64,000 bases of DNA from a virus (IMGVR_UViG_3300025913_000019), one strand, 5' to 3'; counted from the stretch's first letter, positions 35,282 to 45,978 are shown. Numbers and translations: made by a program. Notes: a model not told the origin generated them from the sequence alone.

Positions 35282-35623
35282 ATGAGCATCCCACTCTACT
35301 CTGACGCGACACCTCTCATCACGCTCTTCAATGGCGACACCGACATCGACTGGCTGTCGAGCCAGTACGCGAACATGCGCTACAGCGTCACGGTCGACAA
35401 GGTCGTGACCATCGATGCGAAGTACGAGGCGAACCTCCCTGGTCTCGCGTTCGACTACTACGCTGACGTCGAGTACTGGCGCGCCATCATGTGGTTCAAC
35501 GGCCTGTCCGATCCGATCAACGACGTTTGCGTCGGTGCCAAGATCGGCATGCCGAACAAGAGCAGCCTCGACGCCTTCTTCGCAGCAGCAATCGCGACCA
35601 AGAACAACACCCTCACGATCTAG
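35282..35623 (+). CDS. LysM-like baseplate protein (gp53/GpX-like)
   Basis: LAFDYYADVEYWRAIMWFNGLSDP. Confidence 0.75.
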   Translation: MSIPLYSDATPLITLFNGDTDIDWLSSQYANMRYSVTVDKVVTIDAKYEANLPGLAFDYYADVEYWRAIMWFNGLSDPINDVCVGAKIGMPNKSSLDAFFAAAIATKNNTLTI

Positions 35624-35631
35624 AGGACGCC

Positions 35632-36741
35632 ATGACCTTCCGCGTCAATGACCAGGTGACAGCATCGGTCTTCATCGCCGGACGCGAGTTCCTTCTCGAC
35701 TACGGCAACAGCCTGCGGTCGCTCCACATCCAGGCTTCGTCTCTGCTGCACCTGCCGCAGATGCGGATCAGCTTCGTCGACACGCTGGACCAGATGCCCA
35801 ACTTTGGGCTCCAGGACGGCGCACAGATCACGGTGCAGATCAACTCGACCGTGACGACGACGCGCAACTTCCGCGTCTTCCACTGGGATCGTGACCCGGC
35901 GCCGCAGGGCTTCGTCTACACCATCGACTGCTACTGGGATGCGCCGCGGTACTGGGCAGGCACCTCTCAGGCCGGCATCCGCGGCTCAAGCTCGCAAGCG
36001 CTGCAGGACATTGCATCGACCTGCGGCCTCAAGTGGTGGTCGAAGAATGACAACACGAGCGACTCGATGCTGTGGCTGCCGGGTAACAAGACGTTCGCGG
36101 CCTTCGCGCGTGACATCGCAAGGGCTGGCTACATCTCCGACACGAGCCACATGGGCCTGGCTGTCGATTCGATCGGCAACATGCTCTACCTTGACATCAA
36201 CAAGATCCCGAAGCCGGAGATCAGCGTCGGCACGCTGGCCGTGCAAGGCGGCGGGCACTTCCTCATGTGCACCGACTTCACGCCGCAGACGAAGTCGGGG
36301 ACCAACAATCTCGTGGGCGGGTACAGGCACAACCGCTACGTGCAGTCGGTCAACGGTACGCTCGAACTCGACAACCTGGAAGACGAACTGCAGTTCGACT
36401 CGGACTCGAAGTATCCGCTGCTGAGCCAGGACGTGCGTGGTCGCATGGTCCGAGGCGGCGTCAGCTACGGACATGTCGACTTCGGCAACGTGCACGACAA
36501 GTACGAGCGTGCGAAGTATCAGAACGGCCGGTACAACTTGCTGAACAGCCTGACGGGCGAAGTGCTGTTCCCGTTTCAGACGAGCTGGGAGCCGTTCCAG
36601 AACTTCAGTCTCGCTCAGCCTGCCGACCTCGAGTCGTCCCAGTACAACGGTGAATATACGATCCGGGACAAGATCATCTTCATTCAAGGCACGACCTACG
36701 TCGAGAAACTTGTCGCGGTCAAGAATGGCCTGGGGTCCTAA
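35632..36741 (+). CDS. Baseplate hub (gp27/GpD-like)
   Basis: Context between LysM and spike genes; size. Confidence 0.6.
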   Translation: MTFRVNDQVTASVFIAGREFLLDYGNSLRSLHIQASSLLHLPQMRISFVDTLDQMPNFGLQDGAQITVQINSTVTTTRNFRVFHWDRDPAPQGFVYTIDCYWDAPRYWAGTSQAGIRGSSSQALQDIASTCGLKWWSKNDNTSDSMLWLPGNKTFAAFARDIARAGYISDTSHMGLAVDSIGNMLYLDINKIPKPEISVGTLAVQGGGHFLMCTDFTPQTKSGTNNLVGGYRHNRYVQSVNGTLELDNLEDELQFDSDSKYPLLSQDVRGRMVRGGVSYGHVDFGNVHDKYERAKYQNGRYNLLNSLTGEVLFPFQTSWEPFQNFSLAQPADLESSQYNGEYTIRDKIIFIQGTTYVEKLVAVKNGLGS

Positions 36742-37542
36742 ATGAGCTTCGACACACTCAACAACGCGCTCGCGCTCTTCACCGACAACCTGGGGAACAA
36801 GTGGTTCAAGGCCAAGGTGAAGACCAACGTCGACCCGGATAATCTCGATCGCATCCAGGTCGAACTTCCTGGCATGTACGATCCAGACCTCGGTGATGTG
36901 CCGTGGTGTGGTCCCATGAAGATGAGCCCCTTCGGCTTCGGCCAGGGCTACGGAGTCTTCGGTACCCCGGTCCCAGGTTCCGACGTGCTGGTGACGCTGC
37001 AGGGCGGCGATCCGCATTACCCGATGTACATGCACATCCAGTGCTGGCCGAACCCCTCGGAGTTCCCGTCGGGTACGGCCTGGGGCTGGAAGGACCCGGA
37101 TGGCAATGCCCTCATCGTCCAGGGCAAGGACATCCAGTTCAAGACCGGCGGCGGCTGGTCGATCCATATCACTGCCACTGGCGACTACACGGTGACGGCG
37201 CCCGCAGGTGCGACCGGGACCTACAACGTCCCAACCGTGGTGTGGAACTGCACGGACTTCACGATCAACGCCAGCAACGGCGTCCACGTCACGGCCGCGT
37301 TCACTACGGTCCAGGGCATCTTCGACGTCAACGGCGACACCAACATCAACACGGTGACGATCAGCTCTGCGGGGGCTGTGAATGTGCCGACGGTTGCGAC
37401 GTTCACGATGCAGCCGATCATGACCGCGGGTCTGAACATCACGGGTGGCAGCTTCCTGTACGGCACCCACGACCTGGGTCCGAATCACAAGCACACGGGT
37501 GGTACGCTCAGCGGCGGACTCACCGGCACGGTCAGCACATAA
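36742..37542 (+). CDS. Baseplate central spike (gp5/GpV-like)
   Basis: DPDNLDRIQV OB-fold, PVPGSDVLVTLQGGDP, terminal HKH. Confidence 0.9.
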   Translation: MSFDTLNNALALFTDNLGNKWFKAKVKTNVDPDNLDRIQVELPGMYDPDLGDVPWCGPMKMSPFGFGQGYGVFGTPVPGSDVLVTLQGGDPHYPMYMHIQCWPNPSEFPSGTAWGWKDPDGNALIVQGKDIQFKTGGGWSIHITATGDYTVTAPAGATGTYNVPTVVWNCTDFTINASNGVHVTAAFTTVQGIFDVNGDTNINTVTISSAGAVNVPTVATFTMQPIMTAGLNITGGSFLYGTHDLGPNHKHTGGTLSGGLTGTVST

Positions 37543-37551
37543 GGAGGGCGA

Positions 37552-37968
37552 ATGCCTGCAACTACCACGTACCAGACGCAGCTGTCGGACGCGCTGTGGG
37601 TCGACGTCAACACGGACTTCGGCCTCAACAGCTTGCCCGACAGGCTGCCCGACGGGCTGGCGATTGTCAAGTCGAGCCTGCGCAACCTCTTCAACTGCGT
37701 ACCCGGCCAGCGTGCACGCACGTTCCAGCCGACATACGGTTCGATCTGGCTGCACTTCATCCACGAACCCATCTGCGACATGACGGCACAGAAGATGGAG
37801 ACCTTCATGGTGCAGGCGATCGAGAAGTGGGAGCCGCGTATCACGCTCGACCTCGTCAACACCGCAATCATCCCCGACACGACGATCCCCGGCTATAAGG
37901 TTCGCATCGCATTCGTGATGCCGAATGTGCCGGGGCTCCAACAACTTGACTTCGAGGTGCCCGTATGA
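37552..37968 (+). CDS. Baseplate wedge gp25/GpW-like
   Basis: SLRNLF..PGQR..QPTYGS; AIEKWEPRI. Confidence 0.9.
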   Translation: MPATTTYQTQLSDALWVDVNTDFGLNSLPDRLPDGLAIVKSSLRNLFNCVPGQRARTFQPTYGSIWLHFIHEPICDMTAQKMETFMVQAIEKWEPRITLDLVNTAIIPDTTIPGYKVRIAFVMPNVPGLQQLDFEVPV

Positions 37969-40196
37969 GTCTCGCCTTCACCGCCACCTATCTGCCGGCG
38001 GCGTCTGTCAATCAGGCGTTCGCGCAGTTCATGACCGTCACGGGTGGCGTGGCTCCCTACACGTTCGCTCTGGTCGGCGGCACCATGCCCCCTGGCCTCA
38101 GCATGAACAACCAGGGTCTGATCTCCGGTACGGCGACGACGCTGGGCCTGTACTCGATCACGATCGAGGCTGCCGACTCGACCCCGGGCACGCCGCAGAC
38201 GGTGACCGCGACCTTCAGCTTCCAAGTGCTGGATCTCATCAACCTGCTCGACTCCACCGTCGATCAAGCGCAGTTCGTCTCGCAGTTCGAAGCCGACCTG
38301 GCAACGACGGACACGTGGAGCACCGGCCTCACGACGCAGACGAGCCAGACGCTCATCGAGTTCATCTCGGCCATCGGCACGTTCCTGACCAGCCGCATCA
38401 GCCGTGCCGTCGAAGACGCATTCCCCGAGACCGCGCAGTCCGACTCGGCGATCCGCGCCATCGTCAACATGCAGGGCACACGCCTCAGCCGCAAGCTGCC
38501 CGCGACCGTGCCCGCGACTCTGGTCTCGACAACGACGCAGACGCTGCCTCCGTACTCGCAGCTGTCGGGTGGCGGCTACAACTGGTTTCTGAAGGATGCG
38601 ATCCACCTGAGCGCCAACGTGCCGCAGACTGTGACGCTGCGCGAGGGCATCGTCGTCTCGAGCACGCTGTCGGGTCTCGGCTCCGATCTCCAGACCTGGG
38701 TGTCGGTCGATGACGCATTCACGGTCAGCGATCAGGACGTGCTGGTTCAGCTCAACGGCGTCGACCTCACCAAGGCCTTCGGCGCGCTCTGGAACTACCC
38801 CGGACAGAAGGCGTACGCGGACTCGACCCTGAGCGACGGCCGGCTCAACATCCAGTTCGGCGCGCAGGGTTATGGCGCTGTCCCTGGCGTCAACGACCGC
38901 GTGGCCATCACGTATGCGAAGACGCAGGGCACAACCGTCAACGGTGCGAACCTGACCAACGTGAGCATCAACGGCTCGTCGGTCTCGAACGTCACCGGCC
39001 ACTTCACGGGCAATCCGTCCGGTGGTGCCGACGAGCGTTCGACCTTCGCCTACAAGAACTTCGCGGCTGGCTCCTTCGGCACGTACAGCTCCGCGGTCAC
39101 GAAGTCGCAGTACGCCGCGACAGTCGCGAACTACCCGGGCATCATCGACGCGATCACGCAGGCCCAGCGCGAGATCAACCCGGCGGCGCTCGAGTGGATG
39201 AACGTGATCCGTGTCTCGGCTCTCACGAGCTCGACATGGAGCCAGGACCAGGTGGACGAGTTCCTGTCCTACCTGCAATCGGTCACGATGTACCAGCCGA
39301 AGTTCCTGTGGCAGGCGCCGGTCGCGATCCCCAACATCGTCGACATCTCGGTCTACTGCTTCAACTCGGTCAACAGCCTGGACGACGTGAAGACCAAGGT
39401 GACGAAGGCGATCGAGAACCTGTTCTCGGCCCGGCCCGGCATCCTGCTCACCGACTTGTTCGCATCCGACCTGGTCGAGACAGCGTTTAACGCAGCACCC
39501 GGCCAGATCAGCTACGTGTTGGTGAACAAGCCTACAAGCCCCATGATCGTCACCAGTCCTCTGAGCCCCAAGCTCACGGCCACGATCATCGCTGGTTCCG
39601 GCACCGTCACGCCCGCCGTCTACGCCTACGCGGTGGCAGTCGATGCTGCGACGCCAAGCCCGAACTTCCTGGGCTATATCGACGCTTCCGTGAATCCTGG
39701 ATACCCGACAGGTGCGACGGCTGCGGGCCAGTACTGGATCATCAGCAAGCCCGGTATGATCGGTCCGACGGGTCTCCAGTTCGCGGTCAACAAGGGCGAC
39801 CAGATCGTCAGCGGCGATCCTCCGGGAACCAGCTGGACCATCGTGGCAACGCCTCCCGGCATCATCGACCACGGGAACCCGACCAACTGGATCAACCCGC
39901 AGGTGGTCACGACATCGGAAGGGATCATCATCGACTGGAGCTCGAACCCGGTGCCGAACGCTCTCACCTACAAGGTGTGGGGCCGCCGTGCAGGAGCGCT
40001 GGGCATCATCGCTGCGCTGGATGCGGACACGCTGCACTACCTGGACATCGCTGCGTCCGACCCGACGCCGCTGCCCTTCGGTGCCGCGAGCGACACCCTC
40101 ATCCGGTACAACACGCTCCAGAGCCTCAACGTCAACGTCGACTACTCGCCGCGTCAACAGAACGCTCTGTTCCCGATCCGGGACGCCAACCAATAA
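37965..40196 (+). CDS. Baseplate wedge gp6/GpJ-like with N-terminal putative Ig domain
   Basis: TGGVAPYTF...PPGLS...ISGT (He_PIG-like); GGADE, AVTKSQY wedge motifs. Confidence 0.85.
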   Translation: MSLAFTATYLPAASVNQAFAQFMTVTGGVAPYTFALVGGTMPPGLSMNNQGLISGTATTLGLYSITIEAADSTPGTPQTVTATFSFQVLDLINLLDSTVDQAQFVSQFEADLATTDTWSTGLTTQTSQTLIEFISAIGTFLTSRISRAVEDAFPETAQSDSAIRAIVNMQGTRLSRKLPATVPATLVSTTTQTLPPYSQLSGGGYNWFLKDAIHLSANVPQTVTLREGIVVSSTLSGLGSDLQTWVSVDDAFTVSDQDVLVQLNGVDLTKAFGALWNYPGQKAYADSTLSDGRLNIQFGAQGYGAVPGVNDRVAITYAKTQGTTVNGANLTNVSINGSSVSNVTGHFTGNPSGGADERSTFAYKNFAAGSFGTYSSAVTKSQYAATVANYPGIIDAITQAQREINPAALEWMNVIRVSALTSSTWSQDQVDEFLSYLQSVTMYQPKFLWQAPVAIPNIVDISVYCFNSVNSLDDVKTKVTKAIENLFSARPGILLTDLFASDLVETAFNAAPGQISYVLVNKPTSPMIVTSPLSPKLTATIIAGSGTVTPAVYAYAVAVDAATPSPNFLGYIDASVNPGYPTGATAAGQYWIISKPGMIGPTGLQFAVNKGDQIVSGDPPGTSWTIVATPPGIIDHGNPTNWINPQVVTTSEGIIIDWSSNPVPNALTYKVWGRRAGALGIIAALDADTLHYLDIAASDPTPLPFGAASDTLIRYNTLQSLNVNVDYSPRQQNALFPIRDANQ

Positions 40197-40205
40197 GAGG
40201 TGTGC

Positions 40206-41072
40206 ATGATCTACACCTACGAAGCCGATCTGCCGTTCACGACGGCGATCGAGAATCGGCGAGCCTTCATCAAGCTGCCGCGGTCGATCCTTCTCGCTCC
40301 GTACCTCGCGACCAACCCGTACTTCGTCGACTTCGCGGACTCCATCGATTCGGTGTTCGACTACCAGATCGAAGCCAAGATCGACGCGCTGAACAACCTG
40401 CGTAATATGTGGGTTGCGACGAAGGCGGTGGAGGCCAAGATCAAGGCCGGCGAGATGATCGACTTCCTGGACTGGGGTGGTCCCGAGCGCGCAGTCGTCG
40501 TCTCGCAGGTCAACCTGCTGGGCATGAAGCTCGCCAATGCCGGGGTGATTTCCGAGTCGGGCTACCGTGCGATCGCAAAGTTCCTCGGCTCCTACTGGTT
40601 CGGCAAGGGCAAGAATGCGGCCATCGACTTCCTGAACTTCTGTCTCGGTGGCGGTCTCAGCATCGCGATCCTGGAAACGCAGGACTACGTGCACTTCTAC
40701 ACCCCTGACCCGACGGCTGGTCGTGCCCACATCTACGACTCGCCGCCGGGCCCGTGGTTCCCGACGACGCACGTACAGATCGGCATGCCCGATCAGTACG
40801 GTGTCGACCCCGTGACCCTCGGCTCCTTCTTCTACGAAATCTGCAACTACAACTTGGTGCTGCACGCAATCGCAGTCTCGTTGAAGTTCCTGATCGTGAC
40901 GGAAGACAGTCCCACATTCGCCAACGTGATGCTGGCGGGTGGGCTGTGGGCGCCGCGGTTCTCGGGACAGACACCGAACTACCCCATCAAGTATCACTCG
41001 CGTGTTGGTGGCTGGACGGGAGGCGTTGGTCAGCCTCTCATGCAGATCAGCGACGCGCAGTGGCCGGACTAA
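40206..41072 (+). CDS. Baseplate wedge gp7/GpI-like
   Basis: FGKGKNAAIDF motif; context. Confidence 0.6.
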   Translation: MIYTYEADLPFTTAIENRRAFIKLPRSILLAPYLATNPYFVDFADSIDSVFDYQIEAKIDALNNLRNMWVATKAVEAKIKAGEMIDFLDWGGPERAVVVSQVNLLGMKLANAGVISESGYRAIAKFLGSYWFGKGKNAAIDFLNFCLGGGLSIAILETQDYVHFYTPDPTAGRAHIYDSPPGPWFPTTHVQIGMPDQYGVDPVTLGSFFYEICNYNLVLHAIAVSLKFLIVTEDSPTFANVMLAGGLWAPRFSGQTPNYPIKYHSRVGGWTGGVGQPLMQISDAQWPD

Positions 41073-41087
41073 ACCCAGGAGTTTCAA

Positions 41088-41657
41088 GTGGATCTTATCA
41101 GTTTCATCCCGGGCATCGGCCCGGTCGCAGCCTTCACACCGGGCGCCAATACGCCCGCCCCCTTCAACGTCAGCCACACGGGCGCGACCGATGGCTCTGG
41201 TCCGTCGACTGCAACCGTCAATCAGGCGGAGCTCTACAACAGGCTGTTGCTGCAGGTCGCATCCGTGATCGCCGGATCGGGCCTCACCATCGACAACGCG
41301 AACTGGGCGCAGCTGCTGGCAGCGGTCCAGAAGATCGCGCACGATGCGGCCGCGGGCACCTACGTCACGGTCGCGAACTACATGTCGGACTTCGCGGTCC
41401 ACAAGGTCGCGAACGGCTACGCGTACCTGGGCCCTCTCGGCATGCTGCTCCAGTGGGGTACGTTCACGAACCCCGGCGGCGGCTCCTTCCTCAACGTGCC
41501 GCTGCCGATCAACTACACGGGCACCCCCTTCGCCGGCGTGGCGACAACGGCTGACGCATCGGCCATCACCGCGACCGAGACGGTCACCTCCAGCTACATC
41601 CGCGTCCAGAACGGCGGCGGTGTCGGCTTCTTCCTCACCATCGGGAGCATGTTCTAA
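41088..41657 (+). CDS. Short tail-fibre-like protein
   Basis: C-terminal GMLLQWG...LPINY fibre domain. Confidence 0.7.
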   Translation: MDLISFIPGIGPVAAFTPGANTPAPFNVSHTGATDGSGPSTATVNQAELYNRLLLQVASVIAGSGLTIDNANWAQLLAAVQKIAHDAAAGTYVTVANYMSDFAVHKVANGYAYLGPLGMLLQWGTFTNPGGGSFLNVPLPINYTGTPFAGVATTADASAITATETVTSSYIRVQNGGGVGFFLTIGSMF

Positions 41658-42190
41658 TGAGCGACGAGAACAAGCCGACCGTCGACGGCACCAACATCGA
41701 CAAGACGAGCCTCTACTGGAGCGCGAAGACGGCAGGCTTCTACGACGGCCAGTTCTACGACCAGTACGTCAATCACAGCAACTGGCCTTCGGACTGCGTG
41801 CCGATCAGCCAGGAGATCCACGCGAAGTACGCCTCCGGCATCCCGGCCGGCATGACGCGCGGTGCGGGGCCCGATGGCATGCCCGCCTGGGTGCCGCTGC
41901 CGCCGCCGACTGGAGCCGAAGCCGCACGTGCATTCAACTTCAAGGTCGACGCACGACTCGACGCCGTGGCCAAGCTGTGGGGCTACTCGAAGGGCATCGA
42001 CAACGCCACCACCTGGGCCACGAGCGCGAACCCGCAGTTCGCGGCCGAAGGTCAAGCTCTCGCAGCCTGGCGCGACAAGGTCTGGAACTGGGTGGCATCG
42101 ATCGATCCTGCGACGGCCGATGTCCGGGAGATTCCGAAGCCGCCGATGCGTCCTGGCACTGAATCCACGAACCCCAGCACCGGAGCCTGA
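41657..42190 (+). CDS. Tail fibre assembly chaperone (Tfa-like)
   Basis: YWSAKTAGFYD...WPSDCVPIS...GPDGMPAWVPLPPPT. Confidence 0.8.
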   Translation: MSDENKPTVDGTNIDKTSLYWSAKTAGFYDGQFYDQYVNHSNWPSDCVPISQEIHAKYASGIPAGMTRGAGPDGMPAWVPLPPPTGAEAARAFNFKVDARLDAVAKLWGYSKGIDNATTWATSANPQFAAEGQALAAWRDKVWNWVASIDPATADVREIPKPPMRPGTESTNPSTGA

Positions 42191-42192
42191 AC

Positions 42193-43191
42193 ATGACCGC
42201 AGACGTTTTCGTCGTCACACAGACCGGCCTCGACGGTGCGACCAGCGCTGCCGGTGCCGGCATCTTCCTCCAGCTCACGACCTTCAAGGTCGGCACAGGC
42301 GTGGGCTACACGCCGACGAAGAGTGACACGGCCCTCCACGGCACGATCCTCTACTCGGACAACATCACAAGCTTCAGCACTGCGGCCGACGGGTCCCTGA
42401 TCGTCAACTGCACCATCGACGTGAACGCGGGCCCCTTCGACTTCGGTGAGGTCGGGATCTACACGTCGACCGGCGCACTGTTCGCTCTCATGGCGCTGCC
42501 TCAGCTCGAGCACAAGTACACGGCACTGGGCTCGAACGTGGCTTCGACCTTCACGTTCCAGTGCTATCTGCGTCTCGGCCAGGCTGGCGGCATCATCCAG
42601 ATCGTCACGGGCGGTGGTGGTGGGGGTGGCGGGGGCACCTCCAACTTCGTGTACTCGATGCAGACCGGCCAGCCGACTGCGCTGTGGGGCTCGAACAACT
42701 CCGGTGTCGACTCCTACGTCTGGAACCCGTCGAACTTCAACGTCAACACGGCGAAGGGCATCCAGTCGGGTGTCACCGGCTTCTACAACGCCGAAGGTCA
42801 CACCTGGCACCGCGCCGACGGCACGACCGTCTTGGCAACGCTGGACACCGCGGGCGTGTTCCTGGCCAACAACGTCGGCACCATCAGCGACGAGCGCCTG
42901 AAGAAGGACCTCGTGGAGATCAACGACGACGAAGCCTTCGTCATCGCCTGCAACGCGCAGGGCCTGACCTACGAGCTGCTGTCCGAGCCCGGCATCCGTC
43001 GACCCGGTGTCAGCGCTCAGCAGTTCCAGAAGCTGATGGGCGAGGCCGTGCACACCACGGACGAGGGTCTGCTGTCGGTGCTCTACGGCCAGGCGGCACT
43101 CGCACTCCTGCCGTCCGTGGCTCGCAAGGTCCAGGCACTGATCGATGACGTGGAGACCATCAAGCGCAAGGTCCCGGCCCTGATGGAGTAA
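42193..43191 (+). CDS. Tail fibre with baseplate-attachment N-domain and S74 intramolecular chaperone
   Basis: GPFDFGEVGIY..GALFA; SDERLKKDL. Confidence 0.85.
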   Translation: MTADVFVVTQTGLDGATSAAGAGIFLQLTTFKVGTGVGYTPTKSDTALHGTILYSDNITSFSTAADGSLIVNCTIDVNAGPFDFGEVGIYTSTGALFALMALPQLEHKYTALGSNVASTFTFQCYLRLGQAGGIIQIVTGGGGGGGGGTSNFVYSMQTGQPTALWGSNNSGVDSYVWNPSNFNVNTAKGIQSGVTGFYNAEGHTWHRADGTTVLATLDTAGVFLANNVGTISDERLKKDLVEINDDEAFVIACNAQGLTYELLSEPGIRRPGVSAQQFQKLMGEAVHTTDEGLLSVLYGQAALALLPSVARKVQALIDDVETIKRKVPALME

Positions 43192-43194
43192 GCC

Positions 43195-43863
43195 ATGACC
43201 ATCAAGACGAGCGGGCAGCTGTTGCTCACAGAAATCGCTGCCGAGTTCGGAGGTACGGGAGCCCTCCGACTCACCGACTACTACCGTGGCGGTGCGCACG
43301 TCCCTTCGGGGACTGCGGCCGGCACAGGTAGCTCCCAAACGACCCCGTTGACACCGGCTGCCCCAGCGCAGATCAGTGCCAGCGGGCCGATCCAGATGTC
43401 TCAATTCTATGGCACGTCGCAAGCAGCGAATCCGATCTCGAGCGGTACGCTGACTGCGAATAACACGTCGAACATCGCGACGACAGCACCCAAGACCGCG
43501 CGGGCACAGGTGGGTCTCACCTACGACGGTCGCACCTTCACCGACGACGCACTCGGTCTCGTCTACCACGCGAACTGGTACGCTCCATACGTGGCTGGCG
43601 TGTCGGTGGTCGAGAACTTCTGGTTCCGCATCACCATCACGTCGGGTGCGTTGACGACTGGTGGCGGTGCTGGTTCCGGTGTCTGGTTCCAGGGTACTCA
43701 CCTGTCGGATATCGCACCGGGTGCGAGCGCGCATACGTCCAATGCCCACCAGACCGACAGCCAGCACGCGGCCGGCTACATCGACATCAGCGCCACGAAC
43801 GGGGGCGCGATCCTCGGTACGTGGAACTTCAGCTGCACGTCCTTCATCGACAGCGCCGACTAA
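43195..43863 (+). CDS. Fibre-tip adhesin (gp38-like N-terminus)
   Basis: SGQLLLTEIAAEFGG...LTDYYRGG...GPIQMSQFYG. Confidence 0.7.
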   Translation: MTIKTSGQLLLTEIAAEFGGTGALRLTDYYRGGAHVPSGTAAGTGSSQTTPLTPAAPAQISASGPIQMSQFYGTSQAANPISSGTLTANNTSNIATTAPKTARAQVGLTYDGRTFTDDALGLVYHANWYAPYVAGVSVVENFWFRITITSGALTTGGGAGSGVWFQGTHLSDIAPGASAHTSNAHQTDSQHAAGYIDISATNGGAILGTWNFSCTSFIDSAD

Positions 43864-43907
43864 GAGCGTCTAAGCCCTATCCATAGACTAGAGACCAAAG
43901 AGGAATC

Positions 43908-44138
43908 ATGGCCGATTCAGTTGACATTGCGAGTGCCAACGACTTCACGGAAGAGAAGTTGGCTCTCCACCGGAATCGCAAAGAGGAGCAGGTCAGGCGA
44001 GGCACCTGTCTGTTCTGCAATGCAGTCATCGATCCGCAGAAGCTGTACTGCGACGATGACTGCAAAGAGGACTTCGAGCGCGAGCAACTCATCAAGCGCA
44101 AGACAACCCGCATGGCCAATCATCCCGGCCAGTACTGA
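43908..44138 (+). CDS. Small C4 Zn-finger protein (TraR/DUF2116-like)
   Basis: MADSVDIA...CLFC...YCDDDC. Confidence 0.65.
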   Translation: MADSVDIASANDFTEEKLALHRNRKEEQVRRGTCLFCNAVIDPQKLYCDDDCKEDFEREQLIKRKTTRMANHPGQY

Positions 44139-44152
44139 ACAAGGAGCAACAG

Positions 44153-44536
44153 ATGCAACCCGTTCTTCCGGACCCGGCGACAAGCCCGCAGGCTTCGCTC
44201 ACGGTCGAGATCGAAGCCTTCGCCGGCATGAACCAGATCAGGCGCAGTCTCGGCCGCGCAGTCGGTCTCTGGATCGGCACGAACCAGAACGAGAAGTTCG
44301 CCGTCATGCAGCCCGGCGACACCATCACCATCAGCGACAACATCAAGGCGTTCGTTGCCTACTCCGATGGTCCTCTCACCATTACGGTAAATGGAGATGG
44401 CGGCCCCGTAATCGCGATGCAGCAGATGCTGGTGCTCGATGCGCCTGCCACGACTGGCATCACGATCCACAACGCCGGGTCCTCGGTCGTGAATTTCAAC
44501 ATCGACTGGCTGGCGATCCCGGTGCCCGCTGTCTGA
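44153..44536 (+). CDS. Hypothetical beta-rich protein
   Basis: AAGGAG SD. Confidence 0.7.
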   Translation: MQPVLPDPATSPQASLTVEIEAFAGMNQIRRSLGRAVGLWIGTNQNEKFAVMQPGDTITISDNIKAFVAYSDGPLTITVNGDGGPVIAMQQMLVLDAPATTGITIHNAGSSVVNFNIDWLAIPVPAV

Positions 44537-44550
44537 CCAAGGAGCGACGC

Positions 44551-44862
44551 ATGAAGCCCATTGACATCGAGTTTCGCGTCGCGGCCTCTCCACTCGTGGA
44601 CATATTCGACAACGACCGGCGCCTGCTCCGGTTCCTGGACAACGACCTGTTCAAGATCCTCAGCGTCAGCGACACGAGTGTGGAGTTCCGCGACCTCGTG
44701 AACAAGCACCTGCGCGAGCTTCAGTATCCCGTCCCGATTCAGGCCGTCTTCGTCGACGGTCTCGAAGGCTACGAGACGGACTACCCGGAGTTCGTGCGCG
44801 TGCCTGTACTCATGATCTGCCCGCGCGATGCGACGGGTCAGCTCTACCCGACCAAGCACTAA
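44551..44862 (+). CDS. Hypothetical protein
   Basis: AAGGAG SD before ATG 44551. Confidence 0.7.
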   Translation: MKPIDIEFRVAASPLVDIFDNDRRLLRFLDNDLFKILSVSDTSVEFRDLVNKHLRELQYPVPIQAVFVDGLEGYETDYPEFVRVPVLMICPRDATGQLYPTKH

Positions 44863-44901
44863 AGCCTGGCGATCTCAACCTCACCACACATTGGAAAACA
44901 A

Positions 44902-45978
44902 ATGAAGCGCATCGGCATTACGTGTGCCCTTGAATCCAACGGCGGCATGGACCTCTTCTCGAACAGCCTTGCACAGACTGCGGTCTTCCTGCTCCGGCTC
45001 TTCAAGAAGGCGGGGCATGCCGCCGTCCTGCTTTCGGGTCACGACAGTCCGGCACCGGACCTCAAGCTCAGCTCCTTCGGCATCGAGATCCAGGACGTCA
45101 CGAACGCGTGGCCCGACCTCGATGTCGTGATCGTCTGCAACCGCAAGCTCTCGCTGACCGAGATCGCGACCTACAAGGCGAAGGGCACGAAGATCGTGCT
45201 GCACATCGGCGGCTCGCTGGCGCTCGACACGATGGCGTCGCTCATCAACGGCGCGCCGGGCTTCGGCTACGAGGACGCGAAGCTCTATGACCAGGTGTGG
45301 ATGACGGTCGCGCAGGCCAAGTCGTGCCGCTCGTGGTGCGAGAACGTCTACGGCTGTCCAGTCGTGGTCGTGCCTCCGGTGTGGGAGCCGCTCTTCATCC
45401 CGAAGAGCTACGGCTTCCTCGAAGGCGGACCGCAGCCGCATCCCGAGGACGACATCCGTGGCTGGCAGATCGTGGTCAACGAGCCGCCTCACACAGTGAG
45501 CCGCTCGGTGCATTGGCCGCTCATGGCCATCCACCACGCGATGCTGGCGATGCCGAAGATGAATCGCGTGGTCGGCATCTACGTCAACCACGCGGCACAG
45601 CTCAGCTCCAACGTCCCGTTCGTGCACTTCCTGTCGAAGCTCGGCTTCCGACCCATGCCGCCGGGTGCCGATCTCTTCCTCATGGAGTCGACCGTCGGAT
45701 TGCAGCTCGTGAGCAACCGCGCCGACATGATCGTGACCCACGACATCGAGGACGGTCTGGACTACTCGTGGTTCGAGGCTCTGTACGGTGGCTACCCGCT
45801 GATCCACTGCTCCGAGTTCCTGGGTCAAGGCTACCGTTACCATCGCTTCGACATGGGCGGTGCTGGCCTCCAGATCCGCAAGGCGATCGAGAGCCACGAC
45901 CCGAAGCAGACGAAGGCTGACTTCCGGGACATGATGCCCCAGCTCCAGAACCAACAGGCCTACGAGGTGCTCCTGTGA
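44902..45978 (+). CDS. DUF2827-family protein (predicted GT-B glycosyltransferase)
   Basis: RIGIT...FSNSLAQTAVFL; THDIEDGLDYSWFEALYGGYPLIHCS. Confidence 0.7.
   Translation: MKRIGITCALESNGGMDLFSNSLAQTAVFLLRLFKKAGHAAVLLSGHDSPAPDLKLSSFGIEIQDVTNAWPDLDVVIVCNRKLSLTEIATYKAKGTKIVLHIGGSLALDTMASLINGAPGFGYEDAKLYDQVWMTVAQAKSCRSWCENVYGCPVVVVPPVWEPLFIPKSYGFLEGGPQPHPEDDIRGWQIVVNEPPHTVSRSVHWPLMAIHHAMLAMPKMNRVVGIYVNHAAQLSSNVPFVHFLSKLGFRPMPPGADLFLMESTVGLQLVSNRADMIVTHDIEDGLDYSWFEALYGGYPLIHCSEFLGQGYRYHRFDMGGAGLQIRKAIESHDPKQTKADFRDMMPQLQNQQAYEVLL

Noticed and set aside
37893-41402. Very long antisense ORFs (also 11372-13570, 22125-24569, 25423-27453, 30727-32763, 54846-56690, 60390-63497)
   Set aside because: Shadows of GC-rich genes on the opposite strand; R/V/G-rich with no motifs or SD, and they overlap well-supported genes
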